The notes under the pieces: model-generated
Told to the model about the DNA's origin: nothing
What the model saw: the letters and a program-made list of their open reading frames with translations, nothing else
Database searches by the model: none
Position numbers and translations under genes: made by a program
From: Camelus ferus
Taxonomy: Eukaryota
NCBI RefSeq assembly: GCF_009834535.1
Contig: NC_045696.1
Span: 47,866,001 to 47,930,000 of the forward strand
Reading direction: 5' to 3'
Length of the DNA stretch: 64,000 nt
Part shown: positions 34,259 through 48,066 of the stretch, piece by piece
Layout: each line of letters starts with the position of its first letter
Position numbering within the stretch: the stretch's first letter is position 1

Positions 34259-35781
34259 TCTAATCCTGGGCAAGGTACAATCTATAATTGTGTGTTAATA
34301 ATAATTTATTCATAATAATTGTGCATTGAGATTATAATTTAGGAATTCTTAGGCCCACCACCATTTAAGGGAACACAATTCTAAAAGAATTGCACTAACC
34401 ATTCCAGAAAAAGATGGGTTAACTTATGTCCTATAAAGAGGATTAGTAAGTACAATATAAGTTAAAATATTTGATCATAATTGAAAATAATACTATGAGT
34501 TCTTGAATGAAGCAAAAACCAAATATCTTTTTATCAGGCTTATTAGAGTTGTGGTAATTTATACGCAATCTTAGGCAAAGAATGATTTATTTGTGTTTTT
34601 TTTTTTAATTTCTCAAATGTAAAATAGAAATAACTGTAAGTTTATTGTGTTTTTTAGTGAAATAATTAATGCAAATAAATTTGTGTAAAATTTCGTACAA
34701 ATACTTAGTAATCAAAAGAAAAACTATTGCTTTTAAAAAATTTTTTTAAAATAGTATTAAAATGTCAATACCTAAAGTTCTATGTGTAGCTCAAATTCAA
34801 AAATATTCATAATTGGATCTCTCACTCATTTATTGAACAAAAATGTATTGAGTGTCCACTATGTGCATGGCATGGGAGATAACTGATACGTAAAAGCAAA
34901 TAAGGACTTTGCCCTCATAGGCTTACAGTTGCTAGGGAGGACAGACATTAAGCAAAAAATATCAGTAACTAATAAAATAAGTACATGTTCTTTTACATGA
35001 TTTAAAAATTTTTATGTTTATTTATATGTATTATCCAAACAAACATAAACTATTTGATTATGACAGTTGAAAAGGAGAAAAACTCCCTACATTTGGCAGC
35101 CTGCAACCGGAGTTTAGGCTTCATCAAGCAAGTCCAGAAAGTAGCAGATCTGTAGGACCAGGTGAGCTGACCTAACTGAATAGAGGCGGGGAGGGATCAG
35201 CCCAGCTCAGTTCTGAGCGGGAGGAGGAAAATGTAAACTGAGTTTGGAGAGTTTGGCCTTTTAATCTGTAGGCTAAGGGCAATGGAAAGCTATTGAAAAT
35301 TCAAGATGGCAGTGGGGGTAGGCGGATTCTGATGAGAATTTTTTAAAGAGCTCTCAACTGCAGAGGAGAAAGAAGTGGAGATGAATCAGCAGACACTGGA
35401 AGCTGAGTTAGGAGGCTACTGAAGCAGTTTTAGGTCTGTGATAACTTGTGACTGGAGCAGTGATGTAGAGTTGTGGTCGAGCACAGACTTCAAAGCAAGA
35501 TTGCATTTGAACCTCATTCTCCTCTTCTAGCTGTGTGACCTTGACCAAGTCATCTAACACCTCTAGGTCTCTTCCTTTCTTCACATGTAAAATGGGAGTG
35601 ATGAAAATGATAGCCTTTCCTCAAAGAGTTGTGAGGGATTGGGGTGGGCTCAATAGATGGTGTCAGGCACAGGTTAGATAGGGATATTTCTATTATTAGC
35701 GTGTTGGAGAGGAAGAAAGATTTGAGAGACATGGAGTAGTTCTGCCAGCTTTTTTGATTGGGGGAGGTGGAGTGGTCCTTG

Positions 35782-35895
35782 ATTTTTTTTTTTAATTTTA
35801 AATAAAAAAAAAAAAAAAATGGAGGCACTGGGGATTGAACCCAGAACCTCGTGCATGCCAAGCATGTGTTCTACCACTGAGCTATACTAACCCCC
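35782..35895 (-). mobile_element. tRNA-derived SINE (Vic-1-like)
   Basis: tggaggcactggggattgaacccag...ctaccactgagctatac. Confidence 0.9.
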
Positions 35896-36497
35896 AAGCT
35901 TTTTGTTTTTTCTTTGTTTTTGTGTGTATTATCTCTTCCCCAAAAAGTTTTGATGAAATAAAATGAGCTGAGTTAATGAGGCCTATAGTTGTTTACCTGG
36001 AGGCAATGAATCTTAAAAAGCCATTAATCTGCATTTGCAGAAGACAAAACAGGGTTGTATCATACATAACCACCATTTCATATTTGGTAGGATGGAGAGA
36101 TTTTGTGGGAGGTGTGACTGTGGAGGCTGGCTGGAGAACTTGTCTGAATCTCTGCACTATATATTCCTAGAAGTGCTGTGTCTAAATTAGGTTTATTCGA
36201 AATTTATAATTCAATTCATACCCAGAATTATTTTACCAGTTTAAAAATGTATGAAAACACCTCTTTCCCTATATCCAAGGGACTGCAACTTTAAGAAGTA
36301 CACTAGAACTTGACGCATCTCATTTATGACAATCTACCTTTTAAATAGTATCTCTTATAGTGGAAAATTATGGGGTTTCCCATATTTCTCTATGGGACAA
36401 TTTTAAGAAACAGGTTAGTCATTTAAAAGTAAATCTAGAGAGTAGAGCAGGCCATCAGGTTTGTTAATAACTTTGGTTAAAAAGGGAAAAGTTGCAA

Positions 36498-36605
36498 GGA
36501 GGGCATAGCTCAGTGGTAGAGTGTGTGCTTAGCATGCACAAGGTTCTGTGTTCAATCCCTAGTCTCTCCATTTAAAAACAGAAATGGAAAAAAAAAACAA
36601 AAGGA
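36498..36605 (+). mobile_element. tRNA-derived SINE (Vic-1-like)
   Basis: ggagggcatagctcagtggtagagtgtgtgcttagcatgcacaagg. Confidence 0.88.
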
Positions 36606-39407
36606 AACAGTTGGTGATACCTGGTAGAGCTGATTTTAAGAAGAAGAAAAAAAAATCCTATTTCTGTATAAACTTCCTTCTTCCTTTCTCTCCTCTTCCC
36701 TTCCTCCCTTCCTCCTTTCATGTGTTAGGCACTAGTGACACACAGGTGGTTTGGGCTCCTCATTCCCTCACAGCAGAAGTTCCCAAAATGTGAGCAAACA
36801 TAGTGGCATGAATTACATGCCTAGTTTCCTTTGGCATCTGCTTTAAAGAACAGGGCATGCTAATCAGGAAAGATTTACCATGAAGCTTTTGAAGGTGAAG
36901 CTTCAGGTACTTGACTTGCACTGGCCCATTCTAAGTTCCTGTGAGAGCTCTAGCATAATTTTGCATTCATAATTTTATATTATTTTTCTTAAAGAGGGAA
37001 CTCTAAAGTTTACAAGCTTCAGGCCCTATAGTTCTACCCCAGTGATTATACATAAATACTAAAATGTTTGCATAAAACAATAGCTTCCCTTAACAATCTC
37101 ACCTAACATAGTTCTTCTTTTGCTTCCCCTTCTCGGCTTCCCCTCCCTCCTCCCTAATAACTGCTCTAGGAGAATCATTACTTGATTGATAGGTTTCCAG
37201 CTTCTGATCTTGCTGTATGTGCAAAGTGCCAAAATAATTGTGTGTCCTAGTGCCATTACCAGCACGTATAAAATTTAGTATACATCTGCAACTGGTAACA
37301 TTTTGGGGCTGACAAATTGCAAAAAAGCATCTACTCAAGTGGACCAACTAGAAAAAAGCTGCCACCTTGTCCAGGCTAATGCAGCTCTGAGGGAGGCCAC
37401 AGGGCTTGGCAAGAGACCCCTGAGCTTTATTCCAGCCTCAACTCATGGCCTTTCTCTGGAGCTTCTGCAGGGAGGCCGCAACCTGTACACTTACCATGGC
37501 AGCTCTGTGTTCATGATTTATTTCACATATGTTACTGGGGACATCTTCAAATGCTTTTTGAAGACAAAATAAATTATGTCCATCAACACTCCAGGAGATT
37601 CATCACTGCCATGGAGGATATTGATGTTTCTCAAGTTGTTCTTCACCAAGCCAAGCCATAGTGCCTATAGATTGATTAGTGCTGAGTTTTCAAGTCATTT
37701 GCTGGTGTGTTGCTGGGCAAGAGAGGCAGCTGTGAGCTGGCAGGCCTTAATGAAGTGATTTCAACTGAAAACAGGGAGATACCCGGCTCTTTACTAGTCT
37801 TTCTGGTCACACACACTCGCTTAGAAACCATGACTCACTTCCAGGTGAAGGAAGGAGAACACAAAGACGTGGACAAGATGTGGTGACAGACCGTTCAGTT
37901 CCCAGGGTGTGGGCAGAATCCCTACTTCCTCCTCCTCCTCACTCCCCACCAAATCCTATTCAGCCCACCTCCATGGCGTTTCGCAGCCCTGACTCCTCAC
38001 CTCCATCCTCACAGCTGCTGTTGTGCTCAGGATTTCATTGCTCTGCCTGCACCACTGTAACAGCCTCCTTACTCATGTTCCTGTCCTCACTCAGCACCCC
38101 CTTCCAAACCGCCCTCCACCGCGCACCTGCTATAGAAGGCCACCCTGTCCTCGTCCAGGGGACACAGGTGCGACCTGAATGGCATTCCTTGGAGTCCTTC
38201 AGCTCTAGTGTCCCAATGACACAGAGAATAGAAAGCAGGAATACATGGGGCTTTTTTACATGGATGACCATCCCAAGGAATTTAGGGGTGAGACTTTATG
38301 AAAAAGCAGCCTTAATTTAATTCTGTGGCATGTGTGCTTTTTTGCTAGGAAGCCTTAACTGCTGTTAAATATAATTCACTTTCTTTGACTTTAAATGTTA
38401 CCCAGCTCTGTAATAGGGTGGCTTTTATAAGAATTGCTTTCCTCCTGAGCTAAAAGCATAACCATGCGTAGAACAGTAAGAGTAACTTAAATGAGAATGA
38501 TTACTAAATAACTTCAACCTCCAAGAGAAGATCGGTAATAACACTTTGCATTCAAACAAGCCTGCCTTTCATCTGCGTATCTCAAAGGAAGGCAAAATGT
38601 AGCTGATGCTGTGTTATGGTTGAAAATTACAACTGTGCAATTTCCGTATTCCTGAGTGTTTCCCTTGTCAAATATGATACTGAGTTAAACCGTCCCTAGA
38701 ATTCAATGTGTATTGATTTTGAACACAGGTTTCTCTCTCTTTTTTCCTCCCCTCTGACATCAACCCCGAGGTGCAAAAGCATTGACAGACCACCTGCCTT
38801 TGTGGCTTTGAAGCATTTGCTATCATAGGAGGAAAACATGATGATAAATGATGAATGTACATCTTTCTGAGCTGTTCTAAAGTTGCAGTGGAAAAATACA
38901 TAGATGCATGCAGATGGCGATAAAACATTTTTTGCTCCCCAGAATCAATTTAATCATGGTGCTAACAAACACTTCAAAAATGCATCAGAAAACTAGCCTG
39001 TTCACTCGGCTGAAGCAAAAGGTTTACAGGATGTGCTCAGTGATATAAATGGAAATTATGCCTAATAGAGCCCTGAATTGTACTACTGTAAGTGTTGTGC
39101 ATATCGATGGTAGGTCTAGAAATGTCCAGAAATACTGATCCTCTTTACACACTTTTGTGAGTTTTTGATCTTGTATTTTTCGGTGGCTTTAAAATGTTCA
39201 TATAGTAGCTGTCTATAGGTGCATGCATTTTTGATTCTGGATGTAGGAGAAGTTAAACATAAGAGAGCCTCTAAATCTTTAGATAGGAAAAGAACATTTT
39301 TCAAATGTTAATCACTCAGAAAAAAATAATTCAAACAAAAAGTAAACAATAAATTTCTTCCCAAGGTAATTAAAATTTTCATGATAAATAAAACTAGGTG
39401 TTACCAT

Positions 39408-39840
39408 TGATGAAATAAAATTCATATCTTATGGTAAGATCAAAAAAGTTTAAAAGTAAGATTTCTCTTTGCCTGTTTTGGTTTCCACCCCTTTAGTGTG
39501 TATTGTACATCTGCAGTAACCAGGCTTCCCTAGGAGATAAGATTTCTTCTTATCTCATCAAGGGTCACAACTCCTTAGATTACCTTCTTACTCCTGTAAA
39601 GGGCCGCAGTGACTTACTATTCGCTTTGTACATGTAGATCTGGTTAATACAAACTGTCAATAATATATCACTTTAATGTACAGGTGTCTGTCTCAAAAAC
39701 TTACGTAACTGGGCTTTGACTTCTAGGGTAGAAGAGTTCTTGGAGCTTTCTGAGAGGCTGTTCCCAGGTTACAATCTTAAATTTGGCTCTAGCAAAAATT
39801 TTGACCTCTTTCTTAGATCGATTGACTTTTTTGGTCAATA
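39408..39840 (+). mobile_element. Solo ERV1-type LTR
   Basis: Starts tgatgaaataaaattc; gagctttctgagaggctgttcccaggttacaatctt...ggctc is a typical ERV1 LTR R/U5. Confidence 0.55.
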
Positions 39841-40094
39841 TTACAAAGGAAACCAAGAGATCCAGCCTTCACATTCTCAGAGCCTCACATTTAGACAGTT
39901 CAGAGATCTCCAAATGAGGTTATCCATATAGCCAGAGATATACTCTCAGGATTAAAAGAAAAATATATCAATCATGCAATTTAACTGGTAGAAATACTTT
40001 TTACGATTATACATTTTCTGTAAATTTGTGTTGTCATTTCTTCACTTTCAATATACATGGAATCTCAAAAAATGGCAGTGTCTTGGACCTTTCT

Positions 40095-40860
40095 TGTGAT
40101 ATTGTGATTTATAATAAGAAATATTTAGTTTTCATTCCAGTTTTTTTGGCAGAGCTTCTAAAACCCTTAGAATTTCCCAAGTGACAGAGCAGTAAATGCA
40201 TCTTTTGTTATGTTAATGAGATGACTTCTGAAAAGCCCTTAGGGATGGGGGCTTGTTGTCAGGGGAACCAAACACCGGATTAGAGGATTGGAGCACCTCC
40301 TCCCCTCCCCACCTGACTTCCAGGGAGGGGAAAGGGCTGGAGGTTGATCTTTCACCAATGGCCAGTGACTTAATCAACTGTGCTTAATGAAGCTGCCATA
40401 AAAACTCTGAAAGGGTGGGGCTTGGAGAGCTTCCCGGTTGGTGAACTCGCAGAGGTTCTGGGAGAGTTCCGCCCTTGGAGAGGGCCTGGGTGTTCCTCTC
40501 CCCTTCTCCATACCTCGCTCAGTGCGTCTCTTCCATCTGGCTGTTCCTGAGTTATATCCTTATAGAATAAACCTGTGATCTAGTAAGTAAAATGTTTCTT
40601 GGAACCCGAGGAGAGGGTTGTTGGAACCTTCAGTCTATCGCTAGTTGGTTAAAAGTACAGTTGGTAACCTGGACTTGTGACTGGCATTTGAAATGGGGGG
40701 TAGGGGCCATCTTGTGGGACTGTGGGATCTGACGCTATCTCTGGGAAAATAGCATCAGAACTGGATTAAACTGTAGGACATCCAGTTAGTGTCAAAATAG
40801 TTTGTTGGTGTGGACAACACTTTCCCCCACCCCCGCCCCATGGTGGAAATGGGTGTGGAG
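40095..40860 (+). mobile_element. MER21-like LTR
   Basis: tgtgatattgtgatttataataagaaata...cagagcttctaaaacccttagaatttcc...gagagcttcccggttggtgaac...ttatatccttta..aataaac. Confidence 0.8.
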
Positions 40861-42929
40861 CTCTTATTCATTTTTAGAAAATACATTTTGATAATACATT
40901 GTTATCAGTGGAAAGGAGAGGATAAGAATGGAAAGAGAGCAAGGGGAGGAATCACAAAGACACAAAACAGGGGGAAAAAGCAGCACAAAGTAAAAGGTTC
41001 AGGGAGGAACACAAACCCAGAAGCCAAGAAGAGAGAAGCACATGGGATAGAAAAAGGTAGGGCTACGTGTTTAATATAAACTTCATATTTTCTGTATTGT
41101 GGGCCTTATAATGGACACATTTGAAATTACAGTTGAATATTACACCTGTGCAATTTCCTGTTTTCCACGTGTTTTACTGTTCAACTGTCCAGCACAGTCG
41201 GGTCTGTGCAGCAGGGAAAGATAGGTGCTGTCTCCTGTCAGGGGCTGATGACAGCAGCCTTGGAGAACCTCCAACACTTCAGGCTGAGTTTTCTTATTCA
41301 CCAAATTACATTCTGAGTTTTAACTGGCTTCTTATGAACATTTGGCTAGAAAGAGAGAATGATCACCCCAAAGGGTTTGTCTGATTCTCTTGAGGGTTAC
41401 ATTTGTCTTTGTAAATTGGCATCATTCTGGTTTATGCCTCTGTCGCCTGTGAGATTGCTTAGTAATTGGCTTAGTGCTGAAGAACTTAGATTCCAGGCTT
41501 GGAAGCTGGCGTGTACGGCCCTTGACTTCTGGGACAGGAGAGGGTGGCCCGCAGTCCTCCCCCGGCCGCCTCCCTCTCATAGGTGTCCCTTCACACTTCA
41601 CATGCATTCATCAGAATTATTGGATACAATCAGTTCAGTTTAATAAAGAGTCTAAAGTATGGAATATTTCCAAGAAAATTAATGTATTTTTCAGTACATC
41701 ACAAAGACAATATACGTTTAAAAAGTGAAACAAATCTTTACAAAGAGAAAATGTGTTACAACATATAAAAATGTTCCAAAATATGAAAGTTCTTGAGAAA
41801 ATATGTAATACTTGCTGTTTGAAATAGTGGAAAACTTAAAACATCCCAAATACCCAGCCATAGATAGAGCTGGATAGGTAAATTCGTGATGCATTCATGC
41901 AATGCAGTGCTTTCCAGCCACTGAAATAATGAAGTAGGACAAGGTATTCTCACATAGTAAAGAAGGCTTAGGTATGTTTTTAAGTAAAAAAAACCCACAT
42001 TTCAGAGCACTGTGTGTGCTGACACTGTTTTTGTTCAGTAATAACGTGGAGAATGGAGAATGGGCATTGTCATTTTTCTCTGTCAGACATTTCTGTAATA
42101 TTTGAAATTTCTGCAACAAGCATGCAATTTTTTTACAATCAGCTAAAAAAACATTAAAGTGAATTAACCACTGTGTCTTATGTTACAAGATTATATTTTA
42201 AAAGAGTATTTCTTTACCCAAAAGTATTTTAAGCCTGTGACATTCAAACCACACTAATGAGAGATTTAATGTGTTATGTACAAAATTAATGACTGTGCGT
42301 TGGGGTTAAAGGTCATCCCCCTTTAGTTCAGAGCATGGATTCAGGACAAGCAGAAGAAAGGAAAACACACCTTCCTAATTCATCAGACAAGATCTCTGAA
42401 TGGAGCAGAGATATTCTAAATTTCACGTAAGAGTCAGGACCATCCTTAGAAAGTGATAAGGCTGGTACAGTTTGTGTTCAGTGTTTCTGTCCTCCCCTGT
42501 TGTCTTTAAAAATCCTCTGATGTTCTTACCCAGTGACACAGGCAGCAGCACCCAAGAGCCAAGAATCTTCTTAGGGACCACGCAGAACCCCGACAGTGAT
42601 TGTAGTATTCACTTCCCACACAACCACAAATGCTCTCTGTTGCTTGACTGACTTGTATTTGTGAATCAGTTAGGTAATAGAATCAGTTTTGTCCCAGAAT
42701 CAGATACTAGGAAAACTAGGTAGATATAGATAATTATAACAATTAACATTTACTAAGCACATATGTGATAAGTATTAAATTTACACTGTTGTGTTAATAA
42801 GCATTGTTATTGTTCCTGTTTTACAGATAAGAAAAAACTTGTGCCCATAAATTTACTCAGCATCACACGTTTACTAGGAGGCGGGTTAAGATTCAAACTC
42901 CGATGTTTCTGTCTCAGTAATCTGAGATG

Positions 42930-43325
42930 TTAACTCCTAACCCAGTGTGGACCCTAACCAGAAGCATCAACACCTACTGGGAACTTATTAGAAATCCAAA
43001 TTCTTCATCTCTACCTCAGATCTACTGGATACAAAGACTTTGGGACTTAGTTATTTTTAAAGCTGTATTTTTTAAATGTCCTGCGGGTAGTTTTATAGCA
43101 CGTGAATGTAGAGGAGAGTTGTCCAATTGAACTTTTTAGGATGATGGAAATATTTTATACAATACACTGTCTAATAAAGTAGCTACTAGCCACATGTGGC
43201 TATTGAGAATATGAAATGCAGCTAGTGTGACTGATAAACCACATTTTAAGTTTAACTTAATTTAATTTAATTAAAATGAAAAAGCCACCTATGCTTCGTG
43301 GCTACTATGTTGGATGGCACAGCTG
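42930..43325. mobile_element. Adjacent MER5A-like and MER3-like hAT MITEs
   Basis: agcatcaacacc...gggaacttattagaaat; gatgatggaaatatt...ctactagccacatgtggctattgag...gtggctactatgttgga. Confidence 0.7.
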
Positions 43326-45974
43326 TTGTTTCCTTGTATCCTAGACTATGGTTCTTTTCTAGATTATCCCTCCGCTCTAAGGAGCATGACTAACGCAGTC
43401 AGTTAGCAATAATCATGGTAGAATGGTGGTAGAAATACATTGGAGTCTTGTGTAGGACACACCCAGGAAGCTTCCCACATTACCTGTGTGTAGAGTTAGT
43501 TTTAAAAAGAGTAGGTGAGAGCATTCAACCCACATGACCCTTATATTAGCCCACACAATACCAAACATGATGAGTAGCGTGTTTACACAGATTAGTGAAC
43601 CTATATAGACAGTGAACAATTGTTCTGATGCACAAGTAAGATGAACCCCACAAGTGCTGACCTAGATTTGACTTTAGTAAAAGTTCTTAAAAATCCTTAT
43701 GGAATATATCTTTTTTTTTTTAAGCATGCAAGAATATACAGGTATGATCATTCATTTGATGTGATTCAAAAGTAATTTTCTGACAAGATGCTCACCCTTT
43801 ATACCATTAGGAATTAGCCAACCTGAAGTGCAATAAATGTCAATAAGTCTGTAAACTTCAAAATTATAATGATCTGAAAATGGTAAAAATGCAGAGAGGC
43901 AGTGTGATCGTGCCCTGTTGTAAACCAAAGGTAGGGTGGAGAAAAAGAATATGTCAGTGTTTGAGTTTATTTACAACTGTCCAAAGGAAGAGAGAACTCC
44001 AGCTATTGGACATAAACATTGTCTTGATACTATAGTGAAGCAGATACTGTGAATATTAAATCCCCTCTGCTTACCTTGGGAAGTTCATTAGCAGGAGCCA
44101 AGGGTCAGTTCCAACAAACACTTATTGACTGTTTATGGGTCAGTACTGATGAGCGTTTAATGATGAGCACAGCTGTGTTTCTTAGAGATGCATGATGGGA
44201 ATTGTGTTTTAGGAAAATTACTCTGGTAAGGAGCTATTGGGGGATTCTCTTCTAGGGACTGTAAAGACCAGAATGAAGTGGTTGTTGGTGGGACCGGAGA
44301 GGCAAGGAAGGTTACGGGAAGCTTTGCTGAGGTGGAATCCTATAGGAACTTATTAGAAATTGGGGGATTGAAATTTGTTATGAAAGTGAGGTTTAAATGT
44401 GAGTTCCAGAAACATGGTGTCATCACTGACACCACGTTTGAACCAAAGAGAACGTGGAAGGGATTGTAGCACTTAGTAACTGTTGATAGGAGTTACTTCC
44501 TTCCATGACCAACCTGGCAGAAAACAAACCCAAAGGTATGTAATCAAGTATCTATCAGGCTTTGACTGAGATTCAGAAGACAGCAGAGAGGATAGAACCA
44601 TAATATGTCTTTCTTTGTTAAAGAGCCTAGAATTGCGAATTCTGGAGCCCATTTAGTGGTCCAAAGAATAACCAGCTTGGTAAGATATCCTAGTTAATTA
44701 TTTGACAGACTGCTTCACCCCATTTAATTCTTCCCTCCTTGAATTCTGCAGATCTTGCATAACTCTTATTCTGTAATATAATGATTTTCTAGGTTATGCT
44801 TTTCTTGATTAAAAGGACTGTGTCTTATTTAACTTTATATTGCTAGTCTTTGTCTAAGAGCCTAGTACACAAATATTGTCTAAGTAATGAGTAAGTGACT
44901 AAATGGACAAGCGAACAAATTTATAGTGCTTTGTTTAATCCTTCTCATTGTTGCCAAGGCAAACCTGGCTACAGGAATCCTGACACTGGCTCAGATTCTT
45001 CTCCAGTTGGACCGTATTGATGTTGGATATGTGTGACAAGTCAGGACTTTGGTGGTGATGGTGGTAATGGTATGTGATGTGAGGTTAGGGGAGGGGATTA
45101 TGATGATGAGTGTAAGGAAAACAGAATAGAAGACATCTAAGTGGGTACATTTCTTTTTAATGCCCTTCTACTTCCCTTTCTATTACTCTGATCAAAATTT
45201 GATTTTACTTTTCCTAATTCTCAGATCCCTATACCTAAAAGGAATATGTACCAGGAACTGTGCTCAATGTTGGAATCCAAAATATAAAGAACAGATCCTG
45301 GAGTACAAGGTATTCCATCCCTGGCACCTGCACTATTCTCTTATGGCTTCTTTTGCAGGCCCAGTAAGTCTTTGTTAACCTTCTTGCTTTTCAGGGAAGT
45401 ATGATGCCCATGTTCATCTTATATTGGATCATTTCTTTTTGAGAGATTTTCTCTTCAAAGAAATGCATAATAAAATTTGCCTTACCAAAATAAATAAACA
45501 AAAAAAAAATAAATAAAAACTTTCTTTCTTATCTTCTCAACAGTCTTTTGTTTCATGGAGAGAATGTTTCAACCTTAATAAAAATTAACATTGGGTCTTG
45601 ACTAGTTGTAAGATATATATTTACTTTCTTTTTCAATTTAATGGCATCTTGATAATTGTCCATGAGATTCAGCAGAGTTCCAACAGTAATATTTCATATT
45701 TTAAAGCAAGTGTCTTTCTCAGTGATTCTACTATAGATACAGTATCTGCTTTGGATGTAATGATGATCTCAAGTAATACATGGTTTAAAAGACAAATTTA
45801 AGTGTACATGTTTTTGAAGGTACTGACTTTCGCTCTGGGAAGCAATACATTTTTTTTCCCACTTCTAAGCAAAGCAGCAATTATAAATGAACTCTACCTT
45901 CCTTCTACCTTATTGTCTTCCTATTTGAGAAATAAATAAATCACATTTTTTTACATGGAAATTGGAAAATTGTT

Positions 45975-46060
45975 GGGGAGGGTATAGGTCAGTGGCAGAG
46001 TGCACGCTTAGTGCGTATGACATCCTGGGTTCAATCCCCAGTACCTCCATTTAAAAAAAA
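45975..46060 (+). mobile_element. tRNA-derived SINE (Vic-1-like)
   Basis: ggggagggtataggtcagtggcagag...cctgggttcaatccccagtacctcca. Confidence 0.88.
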
Positions 46061-46357
46061 TGGATACTTGTTTTTATGATTCATATAAATATTTTACCAT
46101 TTCTACTTAGAAATTACGCAAGAAAAATAAAAGAATTAAAACTGTGTTTGCCAAACTCTGAGATGAGCACATTGAAATTATAGATAGTAAGAAAATAATA
46201 AAGCCAAAAAAAAAAAGCCATTACACAATTATGGCCTCACTCGAAAAGGATATAAAACAAGCTTGTCATTCTAAAGTGAAGCATATGAGGTTGGGAGGTG
46301 TGACACAAGGTTATAATAGCAACAATAAATCAGTGTTTAACTCAAACATGATTTAGC

Positions 46358-46555
46358 TCACTGGTTCTCAAACTTTGGTGGGTATCAGAACTGCCTTGAA
46401 GGCTTGTTAGAACAGTTTGCTGGGCTTTACCTACAGAGTTTCAGATTCGGTAGGTCTAGAGTGAAGGTGGAAGATTTGCATTTTGCATTTCTAGTAAGTT
46501 CCCAGGTGATGCTGATGGTGCTGGTCCAGGGAGACACATTTTGACAACCATTTAT
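46358..46555. mobile_element. MER5A-like hAT MITE
   Basis: tggttctcaaacttt...agagtttcagattcggtaggtct...aagttcccaggtgatgctgatggtgctggtccagggagacaca. Confidence 0.8.
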
Positions 46556-46869
46556 CCAGCCCACAGTAGAACTGTAAACACCATTGAAACTGATGATGTA
46601 GACGTGTATTTATTAATAGAGAGTGGTAAATTCCTAAGGGAACTAATGAGAGGGAAAGAAAGAGAGCAAGCCTCTCAGTCCCCACCAACTTCATTTCTTC
46701 CAACTCATTGGATAGCATTGGTACTTGCGAAGACGTGAACTTTTTATTGTAAATTTTATAATTAAACAAAAAGAATTAAGCTTTCCCTGTACCATGTGTC
46801 AGGTTTTGCAATAGCCCCAGGAAGTGTTGTAAAGTTCTCCTCTACCGAAGTGACTGGTAGAGAATATGG

Positions 46870-47680
46870 AAGGAATGACAGAATTAGAAAGTCATTATTT
46901 TGCAACTCCTAATGTTCAGGCAGCAATCATCAATGGACCAAACTAGTAGGTGAAAGGCTGATGGTAATCTTTACAATGGAGGATTTCAGCAGTTCCTGCA
47001 CGAATCCACTGATCAATCTACATAAATACAGAGCAACAGTCAGACATTGTGGTGCTTGATGTGAAGCAACATGAATAACACCACACACTAAGTATTATTG
47101 CCCAAAATAGTGAGCTTGAGTCTAATCAAGACTCTGGGGCACACTTCCATTTACAAAAACTATAGGAGAGAGAAACAAATAAAGTGACTGCATAGGGAAA
47201 GAAACAGGCACATTCAGAATACAGAATATTCTACAGGATAACTCAGTGACATGGGGGAAAAGTTTGAGTAATCTACTTTAGACTCAGACTTAAGAATTAT
47301 AACAAGCAAATGTGATATGTGGGCCATGTTTAGATCTTGGTTTGAACAAGCTAAATGGAAAAGAAAATTTTAAGACAGGGAAACACATGAGCCAGGTATT
47401 AGCCAACATCAAAGATTTATTCTTAATTTTGTTTGGTTGATGATGACATTTCAGGCAGTAAGAAAATGGCCATAATTTAAACAAATGCATGCTAAAACAT
47501 CTAGAAATAATAGGATATCTAGGATCTGTCTTAAAATAGGCTTGCAGAGGGAAAATAGATGAAGGAATGTGACAAAAATTGGTAATATATATCTGGATAA
47601 TTGGTTTATGGAAATACATTACAATGTTCTCTCCACTTTGTGTGTGTTTAAGTTATCCTCATAAAAAATAGAAAAAGAAA
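46870..47680 (+). mobile_element. Ancient L1MC-like 3' fragment
   Basis: gtgaaaggctgatgg...gacttaagaattataacaagcaaatgtgat...ttggtttatggaaatacattac. Confidence 0.6.
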
Positions 47681-48066
47681 CCCAGCCTCCAAAGCTTTTC
47701 CTCTCTTAATGCTAATTTATGAAACTTTAAAAATTCAAGGTAAATTTTTATTGTCCTGATATTCTATTTAGCATCTTGTCTGTATTGCTTACCCACCATG
47801 TGAACTTGGGCAAAGTAATTATCAGGTTACTTTTCTGTTAAATGGCAGTATTAATACTATCAACCTGAGGATCCTTCTGAGGATTAAAAAGATCATATAA
47901 ATCTCTTTACACAGCATCTGATACATAGTAGCCACTCAATTAACATTAGTTATTATTATATAAATAATTGTTTTTCTTCCCTATTCTAGTGAATCAGGAG
48001 TTACTTCTCAGTTTGAGCATTTGTAAAGGAGATATTAACTAATAAGGACATTGTCTAAATAATTAA

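Noticed and set aside
37880..38320. 146-aa plus-strand ORF
   Set aside because: Non-ATG start, low-complexity S/P content, overlaps L2-like decayed sequence, and has no splice or homology support.
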